DNA of 58,009 nt, the filler included, from Dugesia japonica (taxonomy: Eukaryota), in the NCBI GenBank assembly GCA_001938525.1. It is 5 parts of 5 records of this genome, joined end to end, with 100 filler letters (N's around TTAATTAATTAA, not from the genome) between each part and the next. Parts side by side here need not be neighbours in the genome. Positions count along the whole stretch, not along the records: positions 23,852 to 33,513 come from MQRL01616270.1; positions 33,614 to 45,497 come from MQRL01630436.1; 3 more parts are not named here. The stretch is one strand, 5' to 3'. The notes under the pieces are model-generated. The model saw nothing but the letters and a program-made list of their open reading frames with translations. It ran no database searches and was not told where the DNA came from. A program made the translations under genes and the position numbers. Position 1 is the first letter of the stretch; each line of letters begins with the position of its first letter. This document shows positions 24,666 through 37,100 of this stretch, piece after piece.

Positions 24666-25185
24666 TGTCCTCATTTCCTCCTTATCCACTACTGGAGATA
24701 ATTACAGAAAAGAGAAAACAGATTCCAAAAGAAAATAAAGCAAAAAATAAGAACACTACGTTAAAAATTGAAGATTGGGTAATAGTAAAAACAGAAGAGA
24801 GGGGGTTACTTATAAAAGTTATACAGGACTGTGGATGGTAAGCAAGTTTCTCGGTAATTATAATTTAGAATTAGATGATGAAATAAAAGTAACTCGTGTA
24901 AACCTTCACCAAGGGAGAATTCAGAAATAAAAACGAAACGGTTAAAGAATGAATCATTAGTGCCACATATTTGACAGCTAACTACAGTGATGTAAAGCGT
25001 GTTTTTATAGACAACTCAGAACACGACAAAAGGTGATATCCAACGAGAGAGAGGAAGCCAAATACCAAATATATGATCAGCTCTTAAAAGAAAGAGGATT
25101 GTTATATGTGTTTTAATAAAAATAATTAATTTGTGTAGATTTTAAATAAATTTTAGTAAACACAAGTTTCTTTATTCAATAACAA
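24666..25185 (+). mobile_element. Gypsy integrase C-terminal remnant with PPT and a very short LTR-like segment
   Basis: LKIEDWVIVK resembles the GPY/F region. Purine tract AAAAGAAAGAGGA near 25086-25098, then TGTTAT...ATAACA. Confidence 0.45.
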
Positions 25186-25199
25186 TAACGTAAATAATA

Positions 25200-25575
25200 A
25201 TCATGACGATATTGATATGGAGAAATTTTTTGTAGAGAGATAAAGATTGCAGCGATTTATCACTGTTACTGCTAAACAAGATAAAATAGAAACATTAATG
25301 GAATTGTCTTATGAACCTTGGCAGTTTATTAAAAATTGTAGTCACGGTAATTTAGTAGCAAATATTTTTATAATTTTGCGAGATTTCCTCACTATTGTTT
25401 TTAGTGTAGTCACTTGTGAGACGAGTTTCTCAACATTAAAATTAATCTAAAACTCTTTAAGATCCACTGGGAGTAGCTTGCAGTTAAGAAATCTTGCCAT
25501 ACTCTCTATAGAGTACCAACTGACAGTGAAGACAGACTTTGACGACAGGAAATCAAGAAAAGTGGCATTATAGTC
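25200..25575 (+). mobile_element. hAT C-terminal dimerisation domain remnant
   Basis: LRDFLTIVFSVVTCETSFSTLKLI*NSLRST...LRNLAILSIE. Confidence 0.75.
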
Positions 25576-25845
25576 TTAAAATTATTTATTTTTTATTTAT
25601 TTTTTCATAAATTTATTTTGTTTTAATTTTATTTTAAATTTTAAATGTTTTAAACTATAAATTTGTTTTATAAACAAAATTTAAAACAAGCTAAGCATTT
25701 TTATTTAATTCTGACCGAAGGTAATTAAAAAATTATCTAATAATCAAAATCAATAATTTTTAAAATATTTTATAATTAACCAAAACTTTTTTTAATTAAA
25801 TTTTCCAACTTCTTTTATGAATTTAAATAAATTATTTATTAAAAT

Positions 25846-26772
25846 TGTTAGTTACAGATAAACTTTCTGAAAAGTGTATTAAATTTAATAAATTTTTATT
25901 TATAACACGAAATTTCAAATCTTCAAAAAACTATTTTTTAAAGCTGAATATTTAAAAAAACATTTTAAATATTTTAAAAAATTCTTGAAATATTTCATAG
26001 CATTTTCTTTTTCAAACTTCAATTTTTATTCCTTACATCCCCCTCGATAAAAAAAATTTTGAAGTTTTTCTACGTTCCTTTCAAGCTCTTTTATTTTCGG
26101 ATTTCGTATACGATATCTTCTATCATGTACCTTCTACGTTATTTTCTATGGACCAGCATATCGCGGCAACTATTAAATATTAATTCTTTTGTCATCTCTT
26201 CTTTGTCTAGTTTGGATCAACCAGTGTTAAAATCTTTTTCTTGTACACATAAACGTGTTCATCCGTTCTCATGTATTTTAAAGCTTCATCCAAATCTTGT
26301 ATAAGAATAGTCTTTTTGTAGTACGCTTTTCTCAGTCGGTTATCAAATTTTAATAATTCATCTCGGCATTCATATGCTTCTCTTAATTCTCGATCAATTA
26401 AACCAATCACGAAGAGGTTTTTATCCTTTTTCTTTACACCAATACATTTGAATTATTTGGTGCAAATATTGAAAAACTGTTCAATATCATCATCATGCCG
26501 GTAAATTCTTGGGTGCAATGCTTCTAGAATGAGGTCTATTGAAGCGTTGGTCGCCATGTTAGTTACAGATAAACTTTCTGAAAATTCCATTATATTTAAT
26601 AAATTTTTTATTTATAACACAAAATTTCAAATCTTCAAATATTAAAAAAACTATGTTTTTAAAAGCTGAATATTTAAACAAATATTTTAAATATGTAAAA
26701 AATTCTTGAAATATTTTATAACATTTTCTCCTTCAAACTTTAAATTCCAATTTTTAATTTTTAATCCTTAAA
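25846..26772 (-). mobile_element. 927-bp non-autonomous LTR element (TRIM-like deletion derivative of the 19-22 kb Gypsy family)
   Basis: Two related LTRs (26557-26772 and 25846-26037), PBS TGGCGACC, PPT GAGGGGGA and a 5-bp TSD AAAAT (25841-25845, 26773-26777). The gag N-terminus is fused to the integrase C-terminus. Confidence 0.88.
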
Positions 26773-27223
26773 AAAATATTTTCGTTAAGAACTTCGGTCG
26801 AATTATCAAAAAATGTAACTGTCTTCAACCATACTTACATTTAGTATTTAAAATTTATAGCACTTAATTTTTGTTTTTTCAAATTTTTACATTGACACAA
26901 ACAATATTTACAATAATCTCCAGTAAATCATCTATAACAAATGACGGAAATGATTATAGAATTTTCATTCTCATCACAATTAGTAATTATATCAATGCTT
27001 TAAAAATCGAAGACTTCATTCTTAATTCATTTTTACTTAAATATATAATATAAAGTTGTTTATAACATTGTCATTTCTTATGTTTTATTGTTCCGTCTTT
27101 ATTTCTTCTTTTTAATCGATTTGTGTCCCTTTTAACGCTAAATTCGTAAATTTGTACTAGATTTTACCTTATTTTGTCATTATTTTGACTTATTAAGTAT
27201 AATAATAATTGTGAAAATTATCA

Positions 27224-27711
27224 CCTTCAGAAAACAACAGGTAAAAACCCGGCAGAAACAGTGTTTGGTAGAAAAGTCAGCAGAGAAAGATGGTTTCCAC
27301 CTAGAAAACTAGAGTTCGAGAAGGTAAACAATAAACCGAAGGTTACGTACCCAACCAGGAGAACATATGCTATTGGAGATGCAGTGCTTATCAAGGAGGA
27401 AACCAGAAATAAGTATCAGGATCGATTTGTAGGTCCATTCTTAGTAGTAAAAAAGATACATGACCGAAAATATCTGATTCGAGATGATCTGAGCCGGACA
27501 ATGGAAAGAAATGTAGAAAAGATCAGAATATTTCTTAAAGAAGGGGGATGTGAGAAAGATATTTAAATTGTTTGATTTCAAATTTATATACACAATTGAA
27601 ATATTTATAAAGTTTTTGAAATTTAAAATATTTCAAAATAATTATTGCTTATATTTTTTAGAATATTAAAACTATTCTAATTCGGTTTTTCAATTTATAG
27701 AAACTTTGTCA
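27224..27711 (+). mobile_element. Gypsy integrase C-terminus, PPT and 3' LTR
   Basis: TTGKNPAETVFGR...RFVGPF...ERNVEKIR. PPT AAAGAAGGGGGA, then TGT at 27549. LTR end near 27711 (TTGTCA) is tentative. Confidence 0.8.
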
Positions 27712-28040
27712 TAAATAAATGTTGGATGAGGATAGCGTTTTTTTGCTTATAATAATAATATTAATAAAATCAAAATAAGCTTCAAACCATTCAAATTGTA
27801 TTGATAGTATTAGGTTAAAAACTAACTGGACATACATTATTCAATTATAAATTATTCTGTATTATTGTAATGAAATTACCTAATTTTTAATATATCCAGT
27901 AATTGGTTTAATTTTAATGTTCTTACCAATTAACTATAATCACTTGATAATCAAATAGTTGCATGCGTGATTATTGATTAGAATTCAAAGTATAATTATA
28001 TCATAACATTTATTTATTATTAATATTTCATATAGACAAA

Positions 28041-29519
28041 ATGTTGGAAGAAACTCATCATTATTGGCTTTTGATTTTCGTGCGAATTATTCAATTTTCA
28101 ATATTAAGTTTTCTTGTGGTCATTTTTCTCCATTTTCTATTCAGTGTAGAATATTTGGAAGAAATTCAGTTTATTTCCAATCAATTCCAGTTAATATTTT
28201 ATATAGTATCGATTATTTTCATGATATTTTATATTTTATTATATTTCTTTTGGAAATGTGTATCGAAATCGATAAATATCGAAAATAAACCATTTTTAGT
28301 ATCGAATATTTTCTTTGGAATAATTGGAATTTTATATAGTATTCATGAAATATTTTACGAAAAATCCAATAGTTATGAAAAAGCAAATAAATATTTAAAA
28401 ATACTATTTATTTTGATGATATTTGTGTTTCTTCCGATTTACTTAAAATGGCGACCTGATCCAAATGAAAAATTTGTAATAATTTCATCAATTTTATCTG
28501 GTTATTTAGTTCATTTATGCTGCCTTTATACTTCATTGCGGCATTTAACTAGAACTATAGAAATTAAAGAAAACGAAATCGATATGAAAAAGCTACGAAT
28601 GTTTAGTATTCTTTTTCTTTTCGTGACAAGTATTTTAATTTATTTTCCGATTCACGATGATTTCGATGAAATATTAAAACGACGACATTTTTATGAAAAT
28701 ATTGATAATGCCCAATTAACAAATCTGAACCAAAAAAGTGAAACAAAGTTTGATGAAGCAGATTTTCTTTTATTAAAAAATGATTCAAAATTCCAATTTA
28801 GATTTAAAAATAATTTAATTTCTTTAATTATTAGTAGTGTTTCTGCAATTTTATTGATAATTTGTGCTGTTCTATTTAATAATCGATATGATTATTATGG
28901 AAATACTACAACGATCAATGAGAATACATGCGCCTCATGCGCAACATATGAAATTAGTCGAATGGTTATTTCAATTTTATGTACGATATTTTCATTGTTT
29001 TATTTGTATGATATTTTACAATGTAAACTAGAGAAACAGTTGCGATCAAAAATTGATCATTTCATTTTGAATTTTGGAACATTTGCACAAGTTATTGAAG
29101 CAATGTTGATTATTGATTATTCAAAATTGAAAATTGAAAATAAATATATTTCTTATTCACTAGCAGTTTTTTTAAAGGTTTCATTGGCGTCAAATTTTTT
29201 CCATATTTTACAAATATTATTTCAATGGATTTTGATCAAAGAAATATTACAAAGGAAAATTATTGATATTTATAGAAATAAGAAAACATTTAAAAGACTT
29301 ATGATTTGGAAAAATTATATCAATCCTTGTTTGATTTTATGGATGATTAATTTTGCATTTCTTGTTGTTAATTTGTTGGATTATGTTTATACGATGGATT
29401 CATATAAGATTCAATCAACATACATTTGGAAATTGATTGGACTTATTTTTATTCCTTTGAAAATCTTAAATCGACTTCATGGATTTTCATTTTTACTTGA
29501 CATTTATATCAAATATTAA
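28041..29519 (+). CDS. Intronless multi-pass membrane protein, divergent otopetrin (OTOP) proton-channel-like
   Basis: Intact 492-aa ORF with roughly 11-12 hydrophobic segments. The C-terminal WKLIGLIFIPLKILNRLHGFSFL resembles the otopetrin W..I...P..IFYR.H signature. Upstream IDHFIL.FG, LQILFQWILI and LWMINFAF occur in the expected order. Confidence 0.7.
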   Translation: MLEETHHYWLLIFVRIIQFSILSFLVVIFLHFLFSVEYLEEIQFISNQFQLIFYIVSIIFMIFYILLYFFWKCVSKSINIENKPFLVSNIFFGIIGILYSIHEIFYEKSNSYEKANKYLKILFILMIFVFLPIYLKWRPDPNEKFVIISSILSGYLVHLCCLYTSLRHLTRTIEIKENEIDMKKLRMFSILFLFVTSILIYFPIHDDFDEILKRRHFYENIDNAQLTNLNQKSETKFDEADFLLLKNDSKFQFRFKNNLISLIISSVSAILLIICAVLFNNRYDYYGNTTTINENTCASCATYEISRMVISILCTIFSLFYLYDILQCKLEKQLRSKIDHFILNFGTFAQVIEAMLIIDYSKLKIENKYISYSLAVFLKVSLASNFFHILQILFQWILIKEILQRKIIDIYRNKKTFKRLMIWKNYINPCLILWMINFAFLVVNLLDYVYTMDSYKIQSTYIWKLIGLIFIPLKILNRLHGFSFLLDIYIKY

Positions 29520-30714
29520 TTTTTGAAATTCTAAATTTTATTTATTTATTATTGTCAGGTTAAGTAATAATGAATATTTTGAAGTTTCAAAATTTAGAAA
29601 TTAATAAGACATTATAAATATTTAAAAACGATAGTTGTTTGAATATTGAGTATTTCTGAAATTGCGAAATAATTTAATAGAAATGCTTTGGATATTTTTT
29701 TAAAGAAATTAATTTTAATCAATTAAAATTGGATGTTGGAATTCAAAATTCTTGTCAATATTTAGTTATAGGTTTTAAATTTTCTTTATCTGTTCCTTTA
29801 GTCTTTTTTCGAGATAATTGAAATTCTGTATCAGGTTATATATATATATATATATATATATAGTGCTAACAGTTTTTTGGATTCATCAGGCACCTGAATT
29901 CTGTTTAATTTATTTAGATTAAAATTATTCATGCTTAGTTTTCTCCACATTTTAATGAATGAGTTACAAATAAAATACATTATTCTGCTGTAAGAGGGTT
30001 TTCCCTTTATTCGTTATGTCCAATTTTATTTTTGGTAATTCTTTATTTTTGATTTTTTCATCATATTTTGCCAATAACGCATTGTTTTCATCTCTTTCGT
30101 TTTGTGAGTTATTTTTAAATTTTTCTAGTCATAAAACTAATTCTTCATTTTCATTTGATACACTTTCTAATATTAAACTTTTAGCAAATTTTACTGGTAA
30201 TAATTTGTTTAGCCATTAATTTATTTACTTCAGATACTTTTAAACTTTCAGATTCTGAACGCATTTCCATTAGAAAATCCAAATACATTATTATAGTTTC
30301 TTTGGTATAATCCTTGTATAAGATGTTTTAAAAAAATGTGATGATTTTAAAAATATAAGTTGTTTTAATAGAATAACATATTTTGCTTAACAAATAAAAA
30401 TACTTAAATATTTAAAAAAATTCTAATTAAACCGATGTCAAAACAACGAAATAGAAAGGAAATTACAAATAACATGTTATTTAAGACAATTATATTTTTG
30501 AAAACATCTTATTTTTCTTAAAACATCATATACTAGGATTATAAAGTTTCATATGTAATTTCACACTTTTCAAACTCTTAGATTTTATTAAGTGAAAACT
30601 TTTCAAAGTCAACAATACCTTCTAATGAAGTTACTAAATTTTTTAAATTCAGTTCACCCATTTTGTAAAATCAGTGTCTAAATGATGCATTTTATATTTA
30701 TCAGGAATTGTACT

Positions 30715-30952
30715 TATAAGAAAATAATTATTATTTAATATTTTTAGCCAATAGAAAGTCAGTTAATTCTGTACTAAGTTTCAATCAGTTCTTTTCAAGA
30801 ATAAATATTTCTAAATAGCAGAGTTGTTGTAGTAAAATAAATGATGTCTCAAAATATTATTTTTGATTTGGAAAATGAATTATCAATTGAATATTTACCT
30901 AACAGTACTATTCAATCGATTATATATAAAATCATAAATAACTAATTTGACA
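30715..30952 (+). mobile_element. Solo LTR of the Gypsy family at 11.5-14 kb
   Basis: Aligns by eye with the reverse complement of 11700-11907 (TATAAGAAAATAATT...TTTAGCCAATAGAAAGT...GAAAATGAATTA.CAATTGAA.ATTTACCTAAC). The 3' end is tentative. Confidence 0.65.
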
Positions 30953-31174
30953 TATTCCAAAATTACGAAACCTATATATGGAAATTTATTATATTTTGAA
31001 CTACTTATTCTGAAATGCATTGCTGCAGATTATTCTTCTTGTTGATCATTAAGAGTCAATATTTTACTACTTCTAAAGAATATTTTAGAAGCTTTCTTCT
31101 GAAAATCTCTATCACATGAAACAATTACAAAATTACATCTTTTTCTAATACCCTTTAAAGTGTTACTATAAAAT

Positions 31175-32775
31175 GCATTATTTAACAACTTGCAAAATAA
31201 TCTCCAAATTCATTCATGTTTCTTTTGAAAATATTTCTTTGTTGTCTATAAAAATTTTTCTTTTCCACAAATCTAGTTCCATCTCTCTCTGGTATCTAAA
31301 TCTCAATATCAACTTCTCAAAAATAGCTTTTTTGTGTAGTTTCCTCGTCTTATCTATTCAATGCTATAAGAACCAGTTATTTATTGAACTAGTCTATTAT
31401 TCCAAGAATTTATATTCTCCGTCCACTTGTTTCCCGCATTGGCCCACATATATATGTGAATGTGACTTCAAACAAATTGGTAGTCTCTAATCGTTTTCTC
31501 ATTCTTGTAGTTACTGTCATCAGTGGTTTAGCATTCTGACAAATTTCACAGCTACGAACTATATTCTGTATTTGACTCCACAAATTCTTCGCAACGTCTA
31601 TCATATAATTCGTACACCGTTTTAACTCCACAGGAAATAATAATTTGTGTATTTTTTCAATTGTTTCATGTAGATTATCATCCGGAATTTTTATTTTCTT
31701 GAGAAAATCTGTTACCTCAAAAATATTTAATTGCTCTTCCGTTTCTTTTTCAATTGCGTTCACTACTCTTGTTTTAATCTTTCCTTTCTTGGCATCTTCG
31801 TGTAACATTTGACATTGTACTTCATATCTTGGCCTAGATAACATATTTGCATTACCACGTAGAATTCCTTTTCTATATTCTGAAACCATGTCTAGATTAC
31901 TTAGATAATTAATCCATGTCTAGATTTGGGACGCAATTAGTTTTTTTTGTCGTAATCATGAATGCTAGAGCTTTATGATCTGTTCTAAGAGTAAATCTTC
32001 TACCGTACAAGTAATGTTTGAAATTCATACAGAAATAATAAACAGCCAATCACTTCTCTTGTGTAATGCAGTACCCTTTTTCATGACTCGTAATTGAGTG
32101 TGATTCGTAGGCCACAATTCTTTTTCTTCCTTATTTATCTTTGTGTGTCAATACGGCTTCAATTTTATAGAAACTGGCATCTGTATCTAATAAACGATTT
32201 TGTTTATGTTCCGAAAACTCAATTTTAGCTCAGTCATTCAAACTTTTTTCAGACTTTTAAAATTATCGTTTATTTCATCTGTTCATTCTAACTTCTAGTT
32301 GTTTGGTCCGATACACAACAGTTTTAAGATAATTGATTTTCTTGCATAGTTTTCTATAAATTTTATGTAGTAATCACAAATTCTTAAGAAACTTCGTAAC
32401 TTCTTTATGCAGTTAAGTTTACCAAATGTTTTGATTGCTTCTATTTTAGACAGATCAGTTCTAACACCATCCATGTTAATTATGTGTCCAAGAAATTTGA
32501 TTTTGCTTTGAAAAAACTAATACTTTTTTTATTAATTCTTAAAACAACCTTTATTCTTTCCACGAATACTCTATCAGTTACATCATAGTGTTGATCTTTA
32601 TTTTTCATAAATATCAAAATGTCATCAAGATAAATCATTACTCTAATTATTTCGCCTACCACTTTTTTCATGATCTCCTGAAATCTATCTAGTACCGCAA
32701 CGATGACAACTGGCATTCTATTAAAACAATATTGTCCGTGTTTCGTTGAAAAAGCCATTTTCTCTTGAGATTTTT
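31175..32775 (-). mobile_element. Ty3/Gypsy pol remnant (RT, RNase H, integrase), same subfamily as 11.5-14 kb
   Basis: AFSTKHGQYCFNRMP, IYLDDILIF, DAS, TDHKAL, ANMLSRP, KIPDDNLHETIE. Confidence 0.9.
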
Positions 32776-33613
32776 CCGAGCGAATTAAATTTTACATACG
32801 AACATCCACAGTGTGTAAGACGCCATACCGCAAAGTTGGACTAAAGCAGGAAAAGAGAGGCATGACACTGACAAATACTTGCAGATTCTAAGTTGCCTCT
32901 TAGACGGATTATGCGATCAATAAGTATGTTAATGGAAATCACGGAGAGAGAAAAATGAATATCAAAAACCTAGAATTCTAATGATACTTATGCATCACAA
33001 AGTAATAATTACAAGGTATATTACAAATACATATACAACATAACCATACAAATTCTCACATATTCAATATTAGCCAAGACAATCCAACAAAAGCTAAAAC
33101 AATATTCAATTCAAATAAATATTCTCTGTCAGATAAATTCAACACTCAATATCGAAAGAGACAAAAACCAATTCAAAATCAATCCAAAGATCATATAGGC
33201 ATTTTATTCTCTCACAGACTTACTGAGATCTTTTGAGGTCATTGTAAATTTTTTTAATTCAAATCACAATTATTGGACAAATTTAATTAGTGACATTTAT
33301 TAATGGCAATGTAAATAATTATGAAAAATTTATATAAACAAAATATATTGATTGAAAATTTTAACTGTATATGGAAAATGTGTAAATTTTTATGGAAAAA
33401 ATTATTATTTATATTTTAATTGTAATCGAAAATTTTAAAACTTGTGTTGGGGTTTTACCCTTTTTAATGTTGATAAGTTGTGTAATTAATTATAGGGGGT
33501 CCATCTTTATATANNNNNNNNNNNNNNNNNNNNNNNNNNNNNNNNNNNNNNNNNNNNTTAATTAATTAANNNNNNNNNNNNNNNNNNNNNNNNNNNNNNN
33601 NNNNNNNNNNNNN

Positions 33614-33870
33614 TTTTCCTAACCATTTGGGATGGATTTTGATAAACTATAGCTAGGATATCGCCTGCTTCAATCTTGGTTGGACGAGCAGAGAGAGGCG
33701 TATCGTTGATGTCGAAATTTCCAGAACGGAATTTAGAAAACTATTTCTGGCATACACATTCTGTTTATTGCATCATCTCCATAAATATTGCAAAGTTTTT
33801 TAAAGGATCCACNGCTTGCTTACCGTTTTTAAAAATAGTACAATGAAATATGTCTCAAATTTACATTTTA
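33614..33870 (-). mobile_element. mariner transposase N-terminal (HTH) fragment
   Basis: Minus strand reads CVCQK*FSKFRSGNFDINDTPLSARP. Confidence 0.7.
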
Positions 33871-34139
33871 GTCCTCTGTATTTATATTTAAATTGTTCTT
33901 TAATAATAATATTATTTAAACAAAAATTTGATTACATATATTTTGTGAAATATAAATCCTCTGACACATTCCAGTTGCACTTAAAATTAAGAAATGTTTC
34001 CACAGTAAGCAATTCCAAAATTTCATCTCAAAAATCCAAACTGACTTATTTGACAATCTATTATTATTGACAATAATTGGGATCAGTACAGAGATTGAGT
34101 AACGCGTATTCTCTTCATTGAGATAAATAGAACCACCGT

Positions 34140-37100
34140 TCAAGAAAGAAAATCCTTCTCAGGATAAAACAAGTTCTGGTTCGACCAGCTTAAAGCTGTA
34201 GAAGAAAAAGAAACAGAAAAGAAAAAGAAAGCACAAGGAAATGACCAGTAAATGTTGGAATCCTAATTTAGTTCTTCCATTATTTTTTGAGTTATATCAA
34301 TTAAAACCATGTAAATAAATTATTTATAAATAAAGTAAGCAAAATGTAATAAAACAAATATTAAACAATTTGATTTACCTTCTATAATTTGAGAATATTT
34401 TTCTATTGCATCAGCGGTCTAAAAAATGAAACATACAAATAAAATGCAAAAATAAATTAGACAATATAATCCATTTATTAATTATGTAGATCAGCGCTTC
34501 CCACCTTAATCCACGGGCAATTTTTTTCTTAAGCAAACATTTCACACAAATCCTCTATTGGCTGTTGCGCTCAGTCGATTTTAGTGAAGAATTTTGTCAG
34601 CTAAAAAAATCGACCTTGTGACGAGTTGCACACNTATAGATGTTTAAGAAACATCTCTTGAAAATGAATAGAGTAAAGATATGTGTCTAAACAAGTAAAT
34701 AACCAGTATTATAGCTTCAATGATGTAGTTTATATCGATATCTTTCATTAGTGCTTGTGAGAATTGGTAAAAAGAAATAAATTAATTAGAATTAAGATAT
34801 TTATTTGATGTCAAATGTACAATAACTCGCGGGCAGCCAGTTGGATAGCGCTGATGTCGATCGTTTAATAATCATTTAAAGGCAAATTTTATTTCAGAAT
34901 TTAAAGTTAATAAACACAATTCAATAGTAAAGAAAATATACACAAAAATATGAAATTTTATCTAAAATATTGTAATTTATAGTGAAAATATTCAAAAGAA
35001 TTTTAAAAAAATCGATAATTATCATAAAACAATTTCCAGAAATTTAAATTACCTCTTTTTTATAATTGAAAATTTCAATTTGATCATTTGGAGGACTGTA
35101 AAAATTCAATAGAAGTGAAAACAAATAGAATGCATTATCTCACCTTAGTAATCCAAGAATTATTGGTATTCCACCAATATCACGAAAGAATTGTATCTCT
35201 TCATTGTTAATTATCAACTGTAGTAAACACCACAGATATTTTGTCATTAATGTGCATTTTTCAGCAAAGAATTTCGGATTTGAAATGATTTCTTGATGCT
35301 CAAAGTGAACCTGATTTAGAAGTATTTGAATTGAATCGAATTCCTTTGTTAATGTCTGCATTTCATTATTATAATGAAAAAGAATATGCAATAATACATC
35401 AGTTATTGTTCTAAAGTAAAATATAAAAATCATTTGAATTTTCAAATATACAAATTAATAAATGAAGAATTTCTGTACATCCTAAGCATAACAAAATGTA
35501 TTTTTTCGTCAATACATTAAAAATGTTTAAAATCTCTAAAGGAGTTTAAGAGTTTTGTCACATAATTATTTTACTTATTTATTTATACTTTTTTAAAAAG
35601 TTTTTTTTTAATATTTAAGTTTTTTCTAAACTTTTTAATTTTAAATAACATTAAGCGGTTTTCAATGACTGCGTTTTACATAGATAACGAAATGCTATGA
35701 TATTAAACGGATTAAATAGAATTGGAAATTAGACATATAAGAAAAGGATAAAAACTCGAGAACCAGAATCGATATATATATATATATTGGATTGTCGGAA
35801 AAGTCATGGCGCAGAATCGTAAAAGAGTTATTTGCAGTTTCATTTATTATGCCATCAAATATCTTATTTGCAATATTATTTAAAAGTTGATATTTCATTG
35901 TTTACATAAATCAATTTAGAAAATTGATTGATAAAATTTTGTAAATTTTATAAAAATTTGAAGATGGAAGACCAAAGTTTGCATTTTCGTTATATTTTAA
36001 AATATATTAATCCCGAAAAGTGAAGAAGAACACGAGTGAAGCTTGTGAAAAGATGCGCAAAGTTTACGATGACAAGGCTTTACGAGAACGTCAGTGTCAA
36101 TGATGATTCACAAATTTCTATGTTGGTCACTTTGATTTCCACGACTCTTCTTTGTCTGTAAGACCGACTGAGCTCAATGCCGACAAAATAAAGACACTGG
36201 TTGAATCAAACTACCATCACACGGCACGAGAGATTGGAGAAGTAGTGAACATACACCAGTCAACCGTTCATAACTGCTTGAAGAAGCTGGAATACATAAA
36301 TAAGCTCGATATTTGGGTTCCTCATGAACGGAAAGAGGTTCATTTGAAGGCACTCATAAACATGTGTCACATGTTCATCAATAGTGAGTAAAACGATCCA
36401 TTCTTGAAACGATTGGTAACTGATGATCAAAAGTGGATTGTCTTAGTCTCGGAACAATAGTACATCTCAAATTAAATAGAAAACTGAGACTAAAGTTACT
36501 GGAATTTTAAAGGTGTCATGATTTTTGAGCTTCTATCAAGGAACTAAACAATCGATTCGGAAATTCACTGTCGACAATTGAGCAGTTTAAACGAATCCGT
36601 CATCTAGAAACGCTCAGGGTTCGTTAATCATAAAGGAATTGTATTGCAAAACAACAACGCAAAACCACATACAAATTTAATTACCCGTAAAAAAATATTG
36701 GAGTTTGAATAAGATGTACTGCTACAACTACCATACTCACCTGACCTGATGCCGTTAAACTTTCATTTATATCTCTCTTAGAAATTTCTTGTGTGGTGTA
36801 ACGTTCAATTCAGATGAGGTTATAATTCAGTTTTTGTCAATAAAGACAACTCCTTCTATTATCGAGGAATTATAAATTTCGCTGAAAGATGACAAACAGT
36901 TATTGAGAGAAATAGACAATATATTATTGATTGATATATGTTCTTCATATAAATAAATATACTTTTTATAGCAGAAAAAATACGTTATTATTAAAAATTT
37001 GATAAAAAACTAAAACAAGAATCGTTTTCTATATTTTTATATTTCACAATAAAACTTTTAAAATANATATTTTCAACGAAAATATTTTCCATGGCATCGT

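Noticed and set aside
34040-34250. Plus-strand peptides resembling a hAT ERVFS motif and a lysine-rich C-terminus
   Set aside because: Better explained as the antisense of the minus-strand exon and its polypyrimidine tract.
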